Assembly: GCA_022072455.1 (NCBI GenBank)
Contig: JAJVHY010000014.1
Span: forward strand, 57,693-121,692
DNA from: Verrucomicrobiia bacterium
GTDB taxonomy: Bacteria > Verrucomicrobiota > Verrucomicrobiia > Palsa-1439
Reading direction: 5' to 3'
DNA: 64,000 nt
Below, in pieces: positions 18,267 to 28,200 of the stretch (its first letter is position 1; each line of letters starts with the position of its first letter). The position numbers and the translations under genes were made by a program. The notes below the pieces were generated by a model. That model saw only the letters and a program-made list of their open reading frames with translations, was not told the DNA's origin and did no database searches.

Positions 18267-19307
18267 ATGAGACGCAATTTTTCCATCAACCAACACTTCC
18301 GTTCTCAGGCCGCCGGCCATGTCCCGCGGTACCGGTTTCGCGGGCAGACCACAGCGGACTGGCGGCGGTGGCGGACGGCCTTGTTGCCGGCGGTGACGCG
18401 GACCTTGGGCCGGTTGCCGGCGCGGGTGCCGCTGCGTCCGGAAGTGGAGTGTGAATGGACCGAGGATGGCCTGATCAAACAACGGGTGGTGTTTGATGTG
18501 GAGCGCGGGTTGGCGGTGCCGGCGTTGGTGTTTCGGCCGGTGAAAAGTCGCGGCAGGTTGCCGGCGATTCTGTGCTGTCATGGCCACGGGGCTTACGGGA
18601 AGGATACGGTCATGGGGTTGCGCACGACGCCGGATTTGTGTTGCAGCATTGATTACCACAATGCCGATTACGGGCTGCAGATGGCCAAGGCCGGATTTGT
18701 TACCCTGAGCCTGGACTGGCGCGGGTTTGGCGAGCGGGATGACCGGCGTAAGCCGCTCAATCACAACATTGGCGGAAAAGGTGATCTCTGTAACGCGCAC
18801 TCGCTCCGCGCCTCAGTCTTCGGCCAAACCATACTGGGGCTGAACGTGCACGATGGCCGGTGTGCGCTGGATTATCTCAGCCGGCAACCGTTTGTGGATC
18901 CGCAACGGCTCGGCGTGATGGGGTTGTCGTTTGGGGGGACGATGACGACGTGGTTGTCCATCAGCGACGCGCGGATCAAGGCGGCCAACATCATCTGCTA
19001 CAGCGACCGGTTTGCGGATTTTGGGATCCGCGATGTCAATTTCTGCGGGAGCCAAATCACGTTTGGGCTGTACGAGCTCGCGGATGTGCCGGATCTGCAC
19101 GGCTTGATCGCGCCGCGCCCGTTGCTAGTGGAGATTGGCGTGCAGGATGAATGTTTTCTCGTGGACTCAGCACGGAGTTGTTACCGGGAAGTGGAGAAGA
19201 TTTACCGGGCGGCGGGCGTGCGCGACCGGCTGGAGTTGGATTTGTTTGAGGGCGGTCACGCGTGGGGCGGCCACAAGTCCGTCGAATTCTTCCTAAAGCA
19301 TCTATGA
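18267..19307 (+). CDS. Alpha/beta hydrolase (acetyl-xylan-esterase/dienelactone-hydrolase-like)
   Basis: CCHGHG oxyanion region and the nucleophile elbow GLSFGG. 346 aa, no signal peptide. Confidence 0.65.
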   Translation: MRRNFSINQHFRSQAAGHVPRYRFRGQTTADWRRWRTALLPAVTRTLGRLPARVPLRPEVECEWTEDGLIKQRVVFDVERGLAVPALVFRPVKSRGRLPAILCCHGHGAYGKDTVMGLRTTPDLCCSIDYHNADYGLQMAKAGFVTLSLDWRGFGERDDRRKPLNHNIGGKGDLCNAHSLRASVFGQTILGLNVHDGRCALDYLSRQPFVDPQRLGVMGLSFGGTMTTWLSISDARIKAANIICYSDRFADFGIRDVNFCGSQITFGLYELADVPDLHGLIAPRPLLVEIGVQDECFLVDSARSCYREVEKIYRAAGVRDRLELDLFEGGHAWGGHKSVEFFLKHL

Positions 19308-22300
19308 AAAACTACCTACTGATTATCGTCTGTTGTCTTGCCAGTCTCGGGCACGCGCAACCGGTGCGGCTGATTGCTGAGGCGGAGGATTTTACGGTCA
19401 AATCCGGCTGGCAGGTGCTGCCTTACCGGGAGAATTATTTTGCGTCGACATTTGCGATCACGTTTCTGTCGCGGATGGGCTGTCTGAGCGCCGCCGAACA
19501 GGCGGAGGCGGTGGCCGAGCAAGTGATTGAGGTGCCGGTGGCCGGGGAGTACGAACTGCTGGCCCGGTATGAACAACCGTTCAACTATTCCTGCGAATTT
19601 GCTGTCGAGATCGAACAGGGTGGCCGGGTGGTGGGCCGGTCTGAGTTCGGGCGGTTGGCGGACCCGAAGATTTGGGCGATGAACAAGAATCAACCGGCGC
19701 CGATGGTCCGCTATTGGTGGGGCAGCACCGACAACATCGTCTGGCAGAATCCCGGCAAGTTCGCTCTCGCCGCCGGCAAGGCGACCTTGCGGTTGATCAC
19801 CGGTAAACAAGCCGGTGTGCGGGCGGCGAAACGGAACGTGGACGTCGTGATGTTGACGACCGACAAGGCCGGCCTGGAAGCGCAGTTGCAGCACAAGACG
19901 TATCTCCCATTCGACGGCTGGCTGGTGCAGGACGGCGATTTGTTCGTGCGGTTCACGAACCCGGCGGATTCGACCAATGCGTGCATGCCGGTGGTGGCGC
20001 CGCTGCCGATGGGACAACATTCGCCCTACTATGTCCATTTGCGGGATTGGCCGACGACGCGGGTGTTGAAGAGTGGCCGGTTGATTGAGCCGACGAAGTA
20101 TCAGATGGCCGGGCCGCGGTCGTTGGCGGTGCCGGCGAGTCAGCTCGCGCCGGTGGTGGAGCGGGAGAAATTCGTGGTGGATCCAGCGGCGAAGAAACCG
20201 AAATTCAAGATTCCAGAGGACGAATATCTCAAGCCGGGCGAAATGTCTGGCTGGGTTCCGCTGGGGCCGGTGCTTGATGCGCTGCACAACTGCAAGTGGG
20301 AGGCGAAGGCTGAGTCCAAGGCGAAGGGCGGCGAGTTGTATCTGAAAATCGAGTTTGCCGTGCCGGATGGCAAGGGTGGCTTGACCACAATCAAAGAGAC
20401 GACGATGCGCGGCAAGACGGTGTTCGAGATGCCGGGCAATATCCGGCCGAACGCGGCGCTGGCGGCGGCGTTGCGGGAGCGATTCTGGTTGCCGGAGATT
20501 CGGACGCAGCAGGAGGCGTTGCAGTGGTTGTCACGCGAAGTGGCGAAGTTTCCGAAAGTCGGCGCGCCGGCAAAACGGTTCCCGATCTACAACATTCTGC
20601 GGTTCAGCGACGCGCTGGACAAATTCGCGGAAGCGCGCGAGTTGGCGACGGCGTTGGGCGATACCACCGGCTGGAAGCCGCGCAGCATCGCCGCAAACTG
20701 GCAGAAAGACACGCTCCCCGGTAAGCCGTTGCAGAAGCAGAACTTGGCCGGGATCAGCGTGGTCAGCTACGGCGATGAGATGCACCTGCCGGCGGCACAG
20801 TTGACAGATGAGGAGTTCGCGGCGTGGCTGGCCGCCAAGGGCATCAAGACCGACGCCGCGCCGAAGTGGACGAAGAATCACGCCGACGCGTTGTATTATT
20901 ATTCGGTGATTGCCGGCGTCGAGAAAGGCGCGCAACCTTACATCGAGGCCAGCGCTTACTACGCCACCAATGGCATTCTGGCCGGCGCAAATTACAGCCC
21001 GCATTCCAATTATCTGGTCAGCGAGATGCACTGGGTGCGGCCGTTCAAGCTGAATGCACTGTCGCTCGCGTGGTCGGAGGATTACGTGTGGCAGGTGCCG
21101 GAGTTCAGCGTCCAAGTCGTTGGTTATCTGACGACCGCGTTTCGCGCCGGCACGAAGTACCACAACCAGCCGATCATGATGTACGTCATGCCGCATTCGC
21201 CGGGGACCACGCCGGGGAATTTTCGGCGCTCGTTCTACACCTGTCTGGCGCACGGGATGAAGCAGGCGAATTTTTTCTGCGCCACGCCGCTGGCCGTCGG
21301 CACGACGGAAAATTACATCGCCACCGAAGATCTGGCCATGTGGCGGGAAATCTACAACTGCTCGCACGAAGCCGGGTTGTTCGAGGATTACGTCTTGGAT
21401 GGCCAAGTCCGCCCGGCGAAGGTTGGTTTGTTGTTGTCGAGCGTGGATGATGTGCTTGGCAACTTCAACAACCAGAACCTCGCGCTGCATAACAACGAGC
21501 GCAAAGCCATCTACTACGCCCTCCGGCACGCCCAAGTGCCGGTGGACATGCTCAGCGAAGATGACGTGATTGACGGTTTGGCGAAGGATTACCAGGTCAT
21601 CTACGTCACGCAACAATGGCTGCACTCGAAGTGTCTCGCGGCGCTCCGGGCGTGGGTTGCGAAAGGCGGCACCGTCGTCGCGTTGTGCGGTGGCGGTTTT
21701 CGGGATGAGTTCAATCAACTGAACCCGCAGGCCAACGAGTTCTACGGCGTCGGCTCGCAGGAAATCACGGCGGACCCGCAACTCGTCAGTAAATACCTGC
21801 TTGTCGAAAACAAACCCTTCCTCGTCAAACAGGATTTGCCGGGGTATGAGCCGTTGGATTACGTCGGTCAGATCCCGGTCATTGCGTGGAAACAAATCCT
21901 CGCGCCGAACGATGGACGGGTCATTGGTGTTTTCAAGGACAACGGGCCCGCGATCATTGAGAAAGAACACGGCGAAGGCAAAGTGGTGCTCTATGGTTTC
22001 CTGCCGGGTCAGGCGTACCTCAAGAGCGGGTTGCCGGCACGGCCGGTGGACCGCGGGGCCACGGCGGCCGGGTTCAACCATTTTCTGCCGACCGCGATGG
22101 ACCCCGAGCTCCGTCGACAATTGGTGGATCAGTTTCTGCCGAAAAACTTTGTGCGGCCGGTGGTTTGCAGCGAGCCATTGGTTGAGAGCGCCATCATTGA
22201 TTCCGCCGGCAAAATCGGCATCCCGTTGATCAACTACACCGGGCAGCCGCTCGAAAAACTGACCGTAAAAGTGGCTGGCGTTGCGACGGCCAAATCAGTT

Positions 22301-22402
22301 CGGAGTCTCGAGCGGGGGTTGCTCAAGCCGACCTTCGAAGGTGACCAGATGACCGTCGAATTACCAGTCAACGTGGCCGATATGCTGTTGATTGACCGGT
22401 AA
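19304..22402 (+). CDS. Secreted multidomain glycoside-hydrolase-like protein (CBM-like N-terminus; GH42-like C-terminal alpha/beta domain)
   Basis: Signal peptide MKNYLLIIVCCLASLGHAQ at ATG 19304 (ATGA overlap). IAEAEDFTV is the style of a CBM6/35-type module. The central and C-terminal parts are collinear with 53036..55990 (YQVIYVTQQW..LRAWVAKGGTVVAL vs YRVIFLTQKC..LRAWVERGGKLIAS). Confidence 0.45.
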   Translation: MKNYLLIIVCCLASLGHAQPVRLIAEAEDFTVKSGWQVLPYRENYFASTFAITFLSRMGCLSAAEQAEAVAEQVIEVPVAGEYELLARYEQPFNYSCEFAVEIEQGGRVVGRSEFGRLADPKIWAMNKNQPAPMVRYWWGSTDNIVWQNPGKFALAAGKATLRLITGKQAGVRAAKRNVDVVMLTTDKAGLEAQLQHKTYLPFDGWLVQDGDLFVRFTNPADSTNACMPVVAPLPMGQHSPYYVHLRDWPTTRVLKSGRLIEPTKYQMAGPRSLAVPASQLAPVVEREKFVVDPAAKKPKFKIPEDEYLKPGEMSGWVPLGPVLDALHNCKWEAKAESKAKGGELYLKIEFAVPDGKGGLTTIKETTMRGKTVFEMPGNIRPNAALAAALRERFWLPEIRTQQEALQWLSREVAKFPKVGAPAKRFPIYNILRFSDALDKFAEARELATALGDTTGWKPRSIAANWQKDTLPGKPLQKQNLAGISVVSYGDEMHLPAAQLTDEEFAAWLAAKGIKTDAAPKWTKNHADALYYYSVIAGVEKGAQPYIEASAYYATNGILAGANYSPHSNYLVSEMHWVRPFKLNALSLAWSEDYVWQVPEFSVQVVGYLTTAFRAGTKYHNQPIMMYVMPHSPGTTPGNFRRSFYTCLAHGMKQANFFCATPLAVGTTENYIATEDLAMWREIYNCSHEAGLFEDYVLDGQVRPAKVGLLLSSVDDVLGNFNNQNLALHNNERKAIYYALRHAQVPVDMLSEDDVIDGLAKDYQVIYVTQQWLHSKCLAALRAWVAKGGTVVALCGGGFRDEFNQLNPQANEFYGVGSQEITADPQLVSKYLLVENKPFLVKQDLPGYEPLDYVGQIPVIAWKQILAPNDGRVIGVFKDNGPAIIEKEHGEGKVVLYGFLPGQAYLKSGLPARPVDRGATAAGFNHFLPTAMDPELRRQLVDQFLPKNFVRPVVCSEPLVESAIIDSAGKIGIPLINYTGQPLEKLTVKVAGVATAKSVRSLERGLLKPTFEGDQMTVELPVNVADMLLIDR

Positions 22403-22458
22403 ACTTCCGTCCAAAATAGTCGGAGAAAGTGCTGGATGTATTTACGCTTTCTGATATC

Positions 22459-22472
22459 CTCACACGGATGAG
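22459..22472. promoter_or_regulatory. Palindromic motif copy e: CTCACACGGATGAG
   Basis: Perfect match, 51 nt upstream of ATG 22524, followed by TATAAA. Lies in a 121-nt AT-richer same-strand gap. Confidence 0.6.
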
Positions 22473-22523
22473 TATAAACGGCCTAGATTGGCGAGGCTTG
22501 GTAAAAATGCTCAGAGAAAGGGT

Positions 22524-25109
22524 ATGGCGATGTTGATTTCTCGCTGTTTGATCTTGATTGTGGGGCTGGGGTGTTTCGTTCCCTGTGGCCGGGCGGCGGA
22601 CTACACATGGACGAACACAACCGCCAACACCTCCGGCTTTTGGACCAACGATATCCTGTGGGGCACGCCCGGCAACTATCCCGGCAGCACTGCCACTGAT
22701 AACGCCTACCTGACCAACAGCATCGCCGGGGCCTACACCAACATCTTGAATTTCACTCTGCCCAACACCATCAGCACGCTGGTGGTCTCGAACAGTAGCA
22801 ACGGGCAAAGCTGGTTGGTGCTGACCAATGCGACGCTGAATAACGACACGCTGGTCGTGGGTAGTGGTGGCCGGCTGCGGGTGGACAACGGGGGGTTGCT
22901 CAATAACACCACTTCCTTCACGCTGACCGGGACGAATGGTTTGGTGACGCTCAACAGCGGCGGTAGCGTGCGGGCGCTGGGGGGGCTGATCCTCAGTCCG
23001 AATGCCGATACGACGAACACTCTCACGGTCAATGCTGGTGGCAGTTTGTTTGTGACCAACTCGGCCGGTACCTCAGCCTTGGTGGTGGGTGGCGGCGGAC
23101 GCGGCACACTGACACTGAACAACGGTTCGATCACCGCCGATCAGCTTTATGTGACCAACGGCACGATCGCCTTCCGCGGCGGGACGCTGACAACGTTGAA
23201 CGGGGCGACGTATTCCGGGATGACCCTCGGCACGGGGACGTGGGTGATGGCCGGTGGCATCCATACGAACTTGCTGGTCTCGACGTTCACCATTGGCAGT
23301 GCGGCGGAGACCGGGGCGGTATTGGTGACGGGGTCGAGCACCGTGTTGGCCAACCCTTCCGGGCAGTTGACCTTGACAACAGGCAGTTCGCTGACGGTCA
23401 GCAACGGTGCGCAGGCGAGCATCGGCGTAATTGCCTCTACCAGCTACACCTTGATCAAAGTGAGTTCCAATGCCGTGCTGCGAAGTGTTGGCGGCAACGC
23501 GTTGAGCGTCTGGGGCGGCGCTGACACTGGCAATCAGATCCTTGTCGAGAACGGCAGCCAATGGTTGCATTCCAGCAGCGGGATCAGTTTTGGCGGGATC
23601 AGCAACACGTTGCTCTTCGCTGGCACGAACAGCTTCGTCCGGCTGAGTATGGGGAGTGGTCGCACAGTCGCCTTCGGGAACGGCAGTGGAAGCCAAGGCA
23701 TCGTTCAACCCGCATCGGGCAACGGTGCCTACGACTCCTTTATCGTCAGCAATGGGGCTCGGTTGGTGACTTTGGTGGTCTCCGGCACCCACGCCACGTT
23801 CTATGGGGCGAGCAATAGTTTTGTGGTGACCGGATCCGGGTCGCTGTACAGCAATCTTTTCCACACGGGTGGGTACGGTTACAACTGGAAGTACGCGTAT
23901 TCCAACACGATGACGGTGGCGGATGGCGGCGAGGTTTTCGTGAACGGCTACATGCGTCTTGATTCGTCCAACACAAACAACCTGTTGCTGGTGCGTGATG
24001 CCAATTCGTTGGTTCGCTTGGAGACTGACCTGCGATTGGACGGTTTCAACAACACCATCTTGATCAGCAATGGTGGCATTCTCGAAACGAGCGGCCTCAG
24101 TAACGGTGTAGCTGACGCGGGGAACGTGATTACCAACTTCGGCGGTGTTTATCAGTTCACCACCGCCACGCCGACGATCACCACCAATGGCGCTGTCGGC
24201 GGCAGCATCTTTCTCAGCGACGGCGTCATCGCCTTCCGGAACGTCAGCAGCGGACTGCACCTCACGAACAACACGGACACCACCCGGCTAGGCCGGTTGA
24301 CCTATAGCGGTGACAACACGCTACGGTTGAACAATTCGACAGCGACCAATTCCGTGGCCGGCGGGTACACGTTCCAGACCGGTGGGGCGTTCAACAACTA
24401 CAACCGGCTCGAGCTGGTCGGCGCCACCAACGCGCTCACCGGTACGGGGGTGACGATTGGCAGCGGCGGCTCGTTCCTCGCGAGCAACACGGTGGCGACG
24501 TTCGGCGGCGTGTTCACCAACCTCAGCGCGAATGCCCGGCTCGTTGAGAGTGTGGTGAACTTCACGAACGGCCTGCACGTGGTCGGCACGCTCAGCCTCG
24601 TGAACAGCTACGTCAAAGGTGGCGGCGCGAAGACGGTTGCCGGGCGTCTCGAAGGCAACGGGATCGTCGTTGGCGATGCGACTGTCAGCGGCGTGATTGC
24701 GCCAGGGTTCAGTCCCGGCAGCATCACGTTCAGCAACAACTTCACGCTCACCGGCACGGCCGAGATGGAACTGTTCAGTGGCGGTAACCTCGGCGCGTCC
24801 GACAAGATCAATGTGCTGGGCGCGTTGGCCGGTGGTGGTCTCGTACAAGTGACGACCAACGGCACGTTTGTGATCGCCGTCGGTGACAAGTGGGATTTGT
24901 TCGACTGGAGCAGCGGCACGCCGGCGTTGACGTTTGACGGCAGTGCGGTGGCCTTGGGGGCTGGGTTGAGTTGGGATGTGAGCCAATTGAATGTGGACGG
25001 GACGATTGGAGTCATCCTGATTCCGGAACCGAGCGCAATGCTCTTGGTGCTGGCGGGGTTTGGGTTGTGGTTGGTGGTCGGCCAATGGCGGCTGCGGCGC
25101 GGCTGGTGA
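22524..25109 (+). CDS. PEP-CTERM-anchored beta-helix/adhesin-like protein (paralogue A)
   Basis: Signal peptide MAMLISRCLILIVGLGCFVPCGRA (the track start TTG 22488 is an alternative). Gly/Asn/Thr/Ser-rich beta-strand repeats. C-terminus IPEPSAMLLVLAGFGLWLVVGQWRLRRGW. Confidence 0.85.
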   Translation: MAMLISRCLILIVGLGCFVPCGRAADYTWTNTTANTSGFWTNDILWGTPGNYPGSTATDNAYLTNSIAGAYTNILNFTLPNTISTLVVSNSSNGQSWLVLTNATLNNDTLVVGSGGRLRVDNGGLLNNTTSFTLTGTNGLVTLNSGGSVRALGGLILSPNADTTNTLTVNAGGSLFVTNSAGTSALVVGGGGRGTLTLNNGSITADQLYVTNGTIAFRGGTLTTLNGATYSGMTLGTGTWVMAGGIHTNLLVSTFTIGSAAETGAVLVTGSSTVLANPSGQLTLTTGSSLTVSNGAQASIGVIASTSYTLIKVSSNAVLRSVGGNALSVWGGADTGNQILVENGSQWLHSSSGISFGGISNTLLFAGTNSFVRLSMGSGRTVAFGNGSGSQGIVQPASGNGAYDSFIVSNGARLVTLVVSGTHATFYGASNSFVVTGSGSLYSNLFHTGGYGYNWKYAYSNTMTVADGGEVFVNGYMRLDSSNTNNLLLVRDANSLVRLETDLRLDGFNNTILISNGGILETSGLSNGVADAGNVITNFGGVYQFTTATPTITTNGAVGGSIFLSDGVIAFRNVSSGLHLTNNTDTTRLGRLTYSGDNTLRLNNSTATNSVAGGYTFQTGGAFNNYNRLELVGATNALTGTGVTIGSGGSFLASNTVATFGGVFTNLSANARLVESVVNFTNGLHVVGTLSLVNSYVKGGGAKTVAGRLEGNGIVVGDATVSGVIAPGFSPGSITFSNNFTLTGTAEMELFSGGNLGASDKINVLGALAGGGLVQVTTNGTFVIAVGDKWDLFDWSSGTPALTFDGSAVALGAGLSWDVSQLNVDGTIGVILIPEPSAMLLVLAGFGLWLVVGQWRLRRGW
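22587..23974 (+). repeat. Direct repeat copy 1 (~1388 bp) shared with 25300..26687
   Basis: Constant offset of 2713 nt. Sense translation and three antisense/alternate-frame ORFs (22733..23134, 23147..23422, 23240..23524, 23561..23818) are identical to their partners. Only 2 mismatches noticed (22607, 22635). Confidence 0.9.
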
Positions 25110-25155
25110 CGATTATGAGAAATAAATAGTTGTAGTTTTGCTGTTTTCGTGTATT

Positions 25156-25169
25156 CTCAGCCGTGTGAG
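25156..25169. promoter_or_regulatory. Palindromic motif copy f: CTCAGCCGTGTGAG
   Basis: Perfect match, 52 nt upstream of GTG 25222, followed by TTAAT. Confidence 0.6.
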
Positions 25170-25221
25170 TTAATGTGGATCATGACTCACGGTGAGGACG
25201 AAAAACTCATAAACTTTACGT

Positions 25222-28200
25222 GTGGTGAGAACAGCGCCTAAATCATTCGTTCAGGGTGGCCTGATTTTACTGGTCGGGCTTATGGTGTCAGCTTCCTCCG
25301 GCCGGGCGGCGGACTACACGTGGACGAACACAACCGCCAACACCTCCAGCTTTTGGACCAACGATATCCTGTGGGGCACGCCCGGCAACTATCCCGGCAG
25401 CACTGCCACTGATAACGCCTACCTGACCAACAGCATCGCCGGGGCCTACACCAACATCTTGAATTTCACTCTGCCCAACACCATCAGCACGCTGGTGGTC
25501 TCGAACAGTAGCAACGGGCAAAGCTGGTTGGTGCTGACCAATGCGACGCTGAATAACGACACGCTGGTCGTGGGTAGTGGTGGCCGGCTGCGGGTGGACA
25601 ACGGGGGGTTGCTCAATAACACCACTTCCTTCACGCTGACCGGGACGAATGGTTTGGTGACGCTCAACAGCGGCGGTAGCGTGCGGGCGCTGGGGGGGCT
25701 GATCCTCAGTCCGAATGCCGATACGACGAACACTCTCACGGTCAATGCTGGTGGCAGTTTGTTTGTGACCAACTCGGCCGGTACCTCAGCCTTGGTGGTG
25801 GGTGGCGGCGGACGCGGCACACTGACACTGAACAACGGTTCGATCACCGCCGATCAGCTTTATGTGACCAACGGCACGATCGCCTTCCGCGGCGGGACGC
25901 TGACAACGTTGAACGGGGCGACGTATTCCGGGATGACCCTCGGCACGGGGACGTGGGTGATGGCCGGTGGCATCCATACGAACTTGCTGGTCTCGACGTT
26001 CACCATTGGCAGTGCGGCGGAGACCGGGGCGGTATTGGTGACGGGGTCGAGCACCGTGTTGGCCAACCCTTCCGGGCAGTTGACCTTGACAACAGGCAGT
26101 TCGCTGACGGTCAGCAACGGTGCGCAGGCGAGCATCGGCGTAATTGCCTCTACCAGCTACACCTTGATCAAAGTGAGTTCCAATGCCGTGCTGCGAAGTG
26201 TTGGCGGCAACGCGTTGAGCGTCTGGGGCGGCGCTGACACTGGCAATCAGATCCTTGTCGAGAACGGCAGCCAATGGTTGCATTCCAGCAGCGGGATCAG
26301 TTTTGGCGGGATCAGCAACACGTTGCTCTTCGCTGGCACGAACAGCTTCGTCCGGCTGAGTATGGGGAGTGGTCGCACAGTCGCCTTCGGGAACGGCAGT
26401 GGAAGCCAAGGCATCGTTCAACCCGCATCGGGCAACGGTGCCTACGACTCCTTTATCGTCAGCAATGGGGCTCGGTTGGTGACTTTGGTGGTCTCCGGCA
26501 CCCACGCCACGTTCTATGGGGCGAGCAATAGTTTTGTGGTGACCGGATCCGGGTCGCTGTACAGCAATCTTTTCCACACGGGTGGGTACGGTTACAACTG
26601 GAAGTACGCGTATTCCAACACGATGACGGTGGCGGATGGCGGCGAGGTTTTCGTGAACGGCTACATGCGTCTTGATTCGTCCAACACGAACAACTTGTTG
26701 CTGATTCGGGATGCCAATTCCGTGGTTCGATTGGACGATGATCTGCGGCTGAACGGCTTCAACAACACCGTGGTGGTCACCAACGGCGGTCTGCTGAAGA
26801 CAGTCGGGGCGACTCTATACAGCGACAGTTTGAGTGGCAGCAATCGCGTGGTGATTGCTGGTGGTGGGATTTGGGATTTTGGGAATGCGCGGTTGGATTT
26901 TACAAATTGGCCCAGCTCCGGTAACGGGCTATTCACCACCGGCAGTGGGAACTTGACGAATGTCGCTGGGATCGGGCTGGTGGGGAGTGGGTTGAGCTTC
27001 ACGATGACCAACAACATTCTCATGGCCGACGGATCCCAGATCGTGACCGCCCGCGTGAATCTGGTCGGCGGCTCCATCACGCTCGGTGCGGCGGGATTGG
27101 GGAATAATTCGTTGACGTTCAGCAATCAAGTTTATGCCCCGGGTGCCGCCAATGTGATCGGTAACGGCTCCTCGAACAACGTTCTCCGAGTCAGGGAGTC
27201 CAGTCTCTGGACCGGCAATACGATCAATATCGGTGTCGGCGCCGCCACCGGCAACATCCTGCGGGTCAGCGGGGGCGTGGTCTCGAATGTCACGATCAAC
27301 GTCGGCGGTGCCGACAACTCGGGCAACCGCCTCCTGCTCGATGGCGGCACCGTCTGGGCGACCACCCTCCGCGCCACCAATACCGGCAACGTCGTGACGT
27401 TCCAAGCGGGGACGCTGAACAGTCAGACGACCTTCATCAGCAACAATGTGTTCACCGTCGGCGATGGCAGCCAGGCTGCGACTTTCAATGCGCTGAGTGG
27501 CGGCACCAGCGCGTTTGGGAGCGGCATTGTGATTGCCAGCAATGCGACGGTCATGGGTGCCGGCTCGATTCGCGGCAATATGACGGTCACGAACGGGGCG
27601 CGCATCGCGCCCGGTAGCAGCGTGGGAATTCTGACAACCGAGAACGTGACATGGTACGGGGGCAGCTCGTTCCAGCTTGAGGTCACGAATTTTCTCGGCG
27701 CCGCCGGCACCGGATGGGATCTCCTCAACATAACCGGCGCGTTGACCATCAATCCCAACGGCAACCCGTTTACAGTCAACCTCGATTCGATGGGGCTCTC
27801 CGCCGCCGCCGTCAACTTCAACGCGGCCAATGATTACACCCTCGCGTTCGCGAGCTTTGGCAGCCAGACGGGATTTAATCCGGCAGATTTTCAGGTCAAC
27901 ACCAACGCGTTCAACATCAGTGGTACGCCGGCCGCGGGAAGCTGGGGGGTCTCCCTCGTGGGCGCGAATCTGTACCTGACGTATTCCGCGTTGAGCATCA
28001 CACCCGATTCCACTTGGAACGGCAATACCACCGGCGGCTGGCAACAGGCGGCATCCAATTGGACGCCGACCGGAATTCCAACCTCGGATGCTGCGCGCGT
28101 CTTGAAGTTTGGCGGTACCGGCACGACCAGCTACACCTCGACCAACGACATCGGCGGCACCTTCCAACTCAACCAGCTCGTGTTGGCCAGCGCCTCGACC

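Noticed and set aside
18211-18270. Start codons embedded in the motif (ATG or GTG at motif positions 10-12) opening short upstream ORFs that end at or just after the main start
   Set aside because: Examples are 18211..18270, ending in an ATGA overlap with ATG 18267; 22468..22536; 50022..50078; and, on the minus strand, from the GTG at 15115..15113 to a TAA ending 15056, four nt into the LacI ORF.
The pattern is inconsistent. At 8304 and 25165 the frame stops after two codons. At 3363 it runs 100+ codons in a shadow frame. At 36082 and 46646 the ATG is the likely real start. An ~18-codon open stretch in a 50-nt leader is not rare by chance. It is worth a look in ribosome-profiling data but is not supportable from sequence alone.
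20531-22120. 529-aa minus-strand ORF
   Set aside because: It is antisense to 19304..22402, which has a signal peptide, an ATGA-coupled start and a paralogue. The antisense product is low-complexity and Arg-rich.
25186-25196. Second palindrome CTCACGGTGAG 17 nt downstream of motif copy f
   Set aside because: It has the same arms but only a 3-nt spacer, so it does not fit the 14-mer. It is a single occurrence and was not counted as a motif copy.
22587-26687. Large direct repeats as a possible CRISPR array, IS element or prophage att duplication
   Set aside because: There are only two copies, 1.39 kb long and fully coding (in frame within two paralogous genes). There are no short repeat-spacer periodicity, terminal inverted repeats, transposase, integrase or tRNA nearby.
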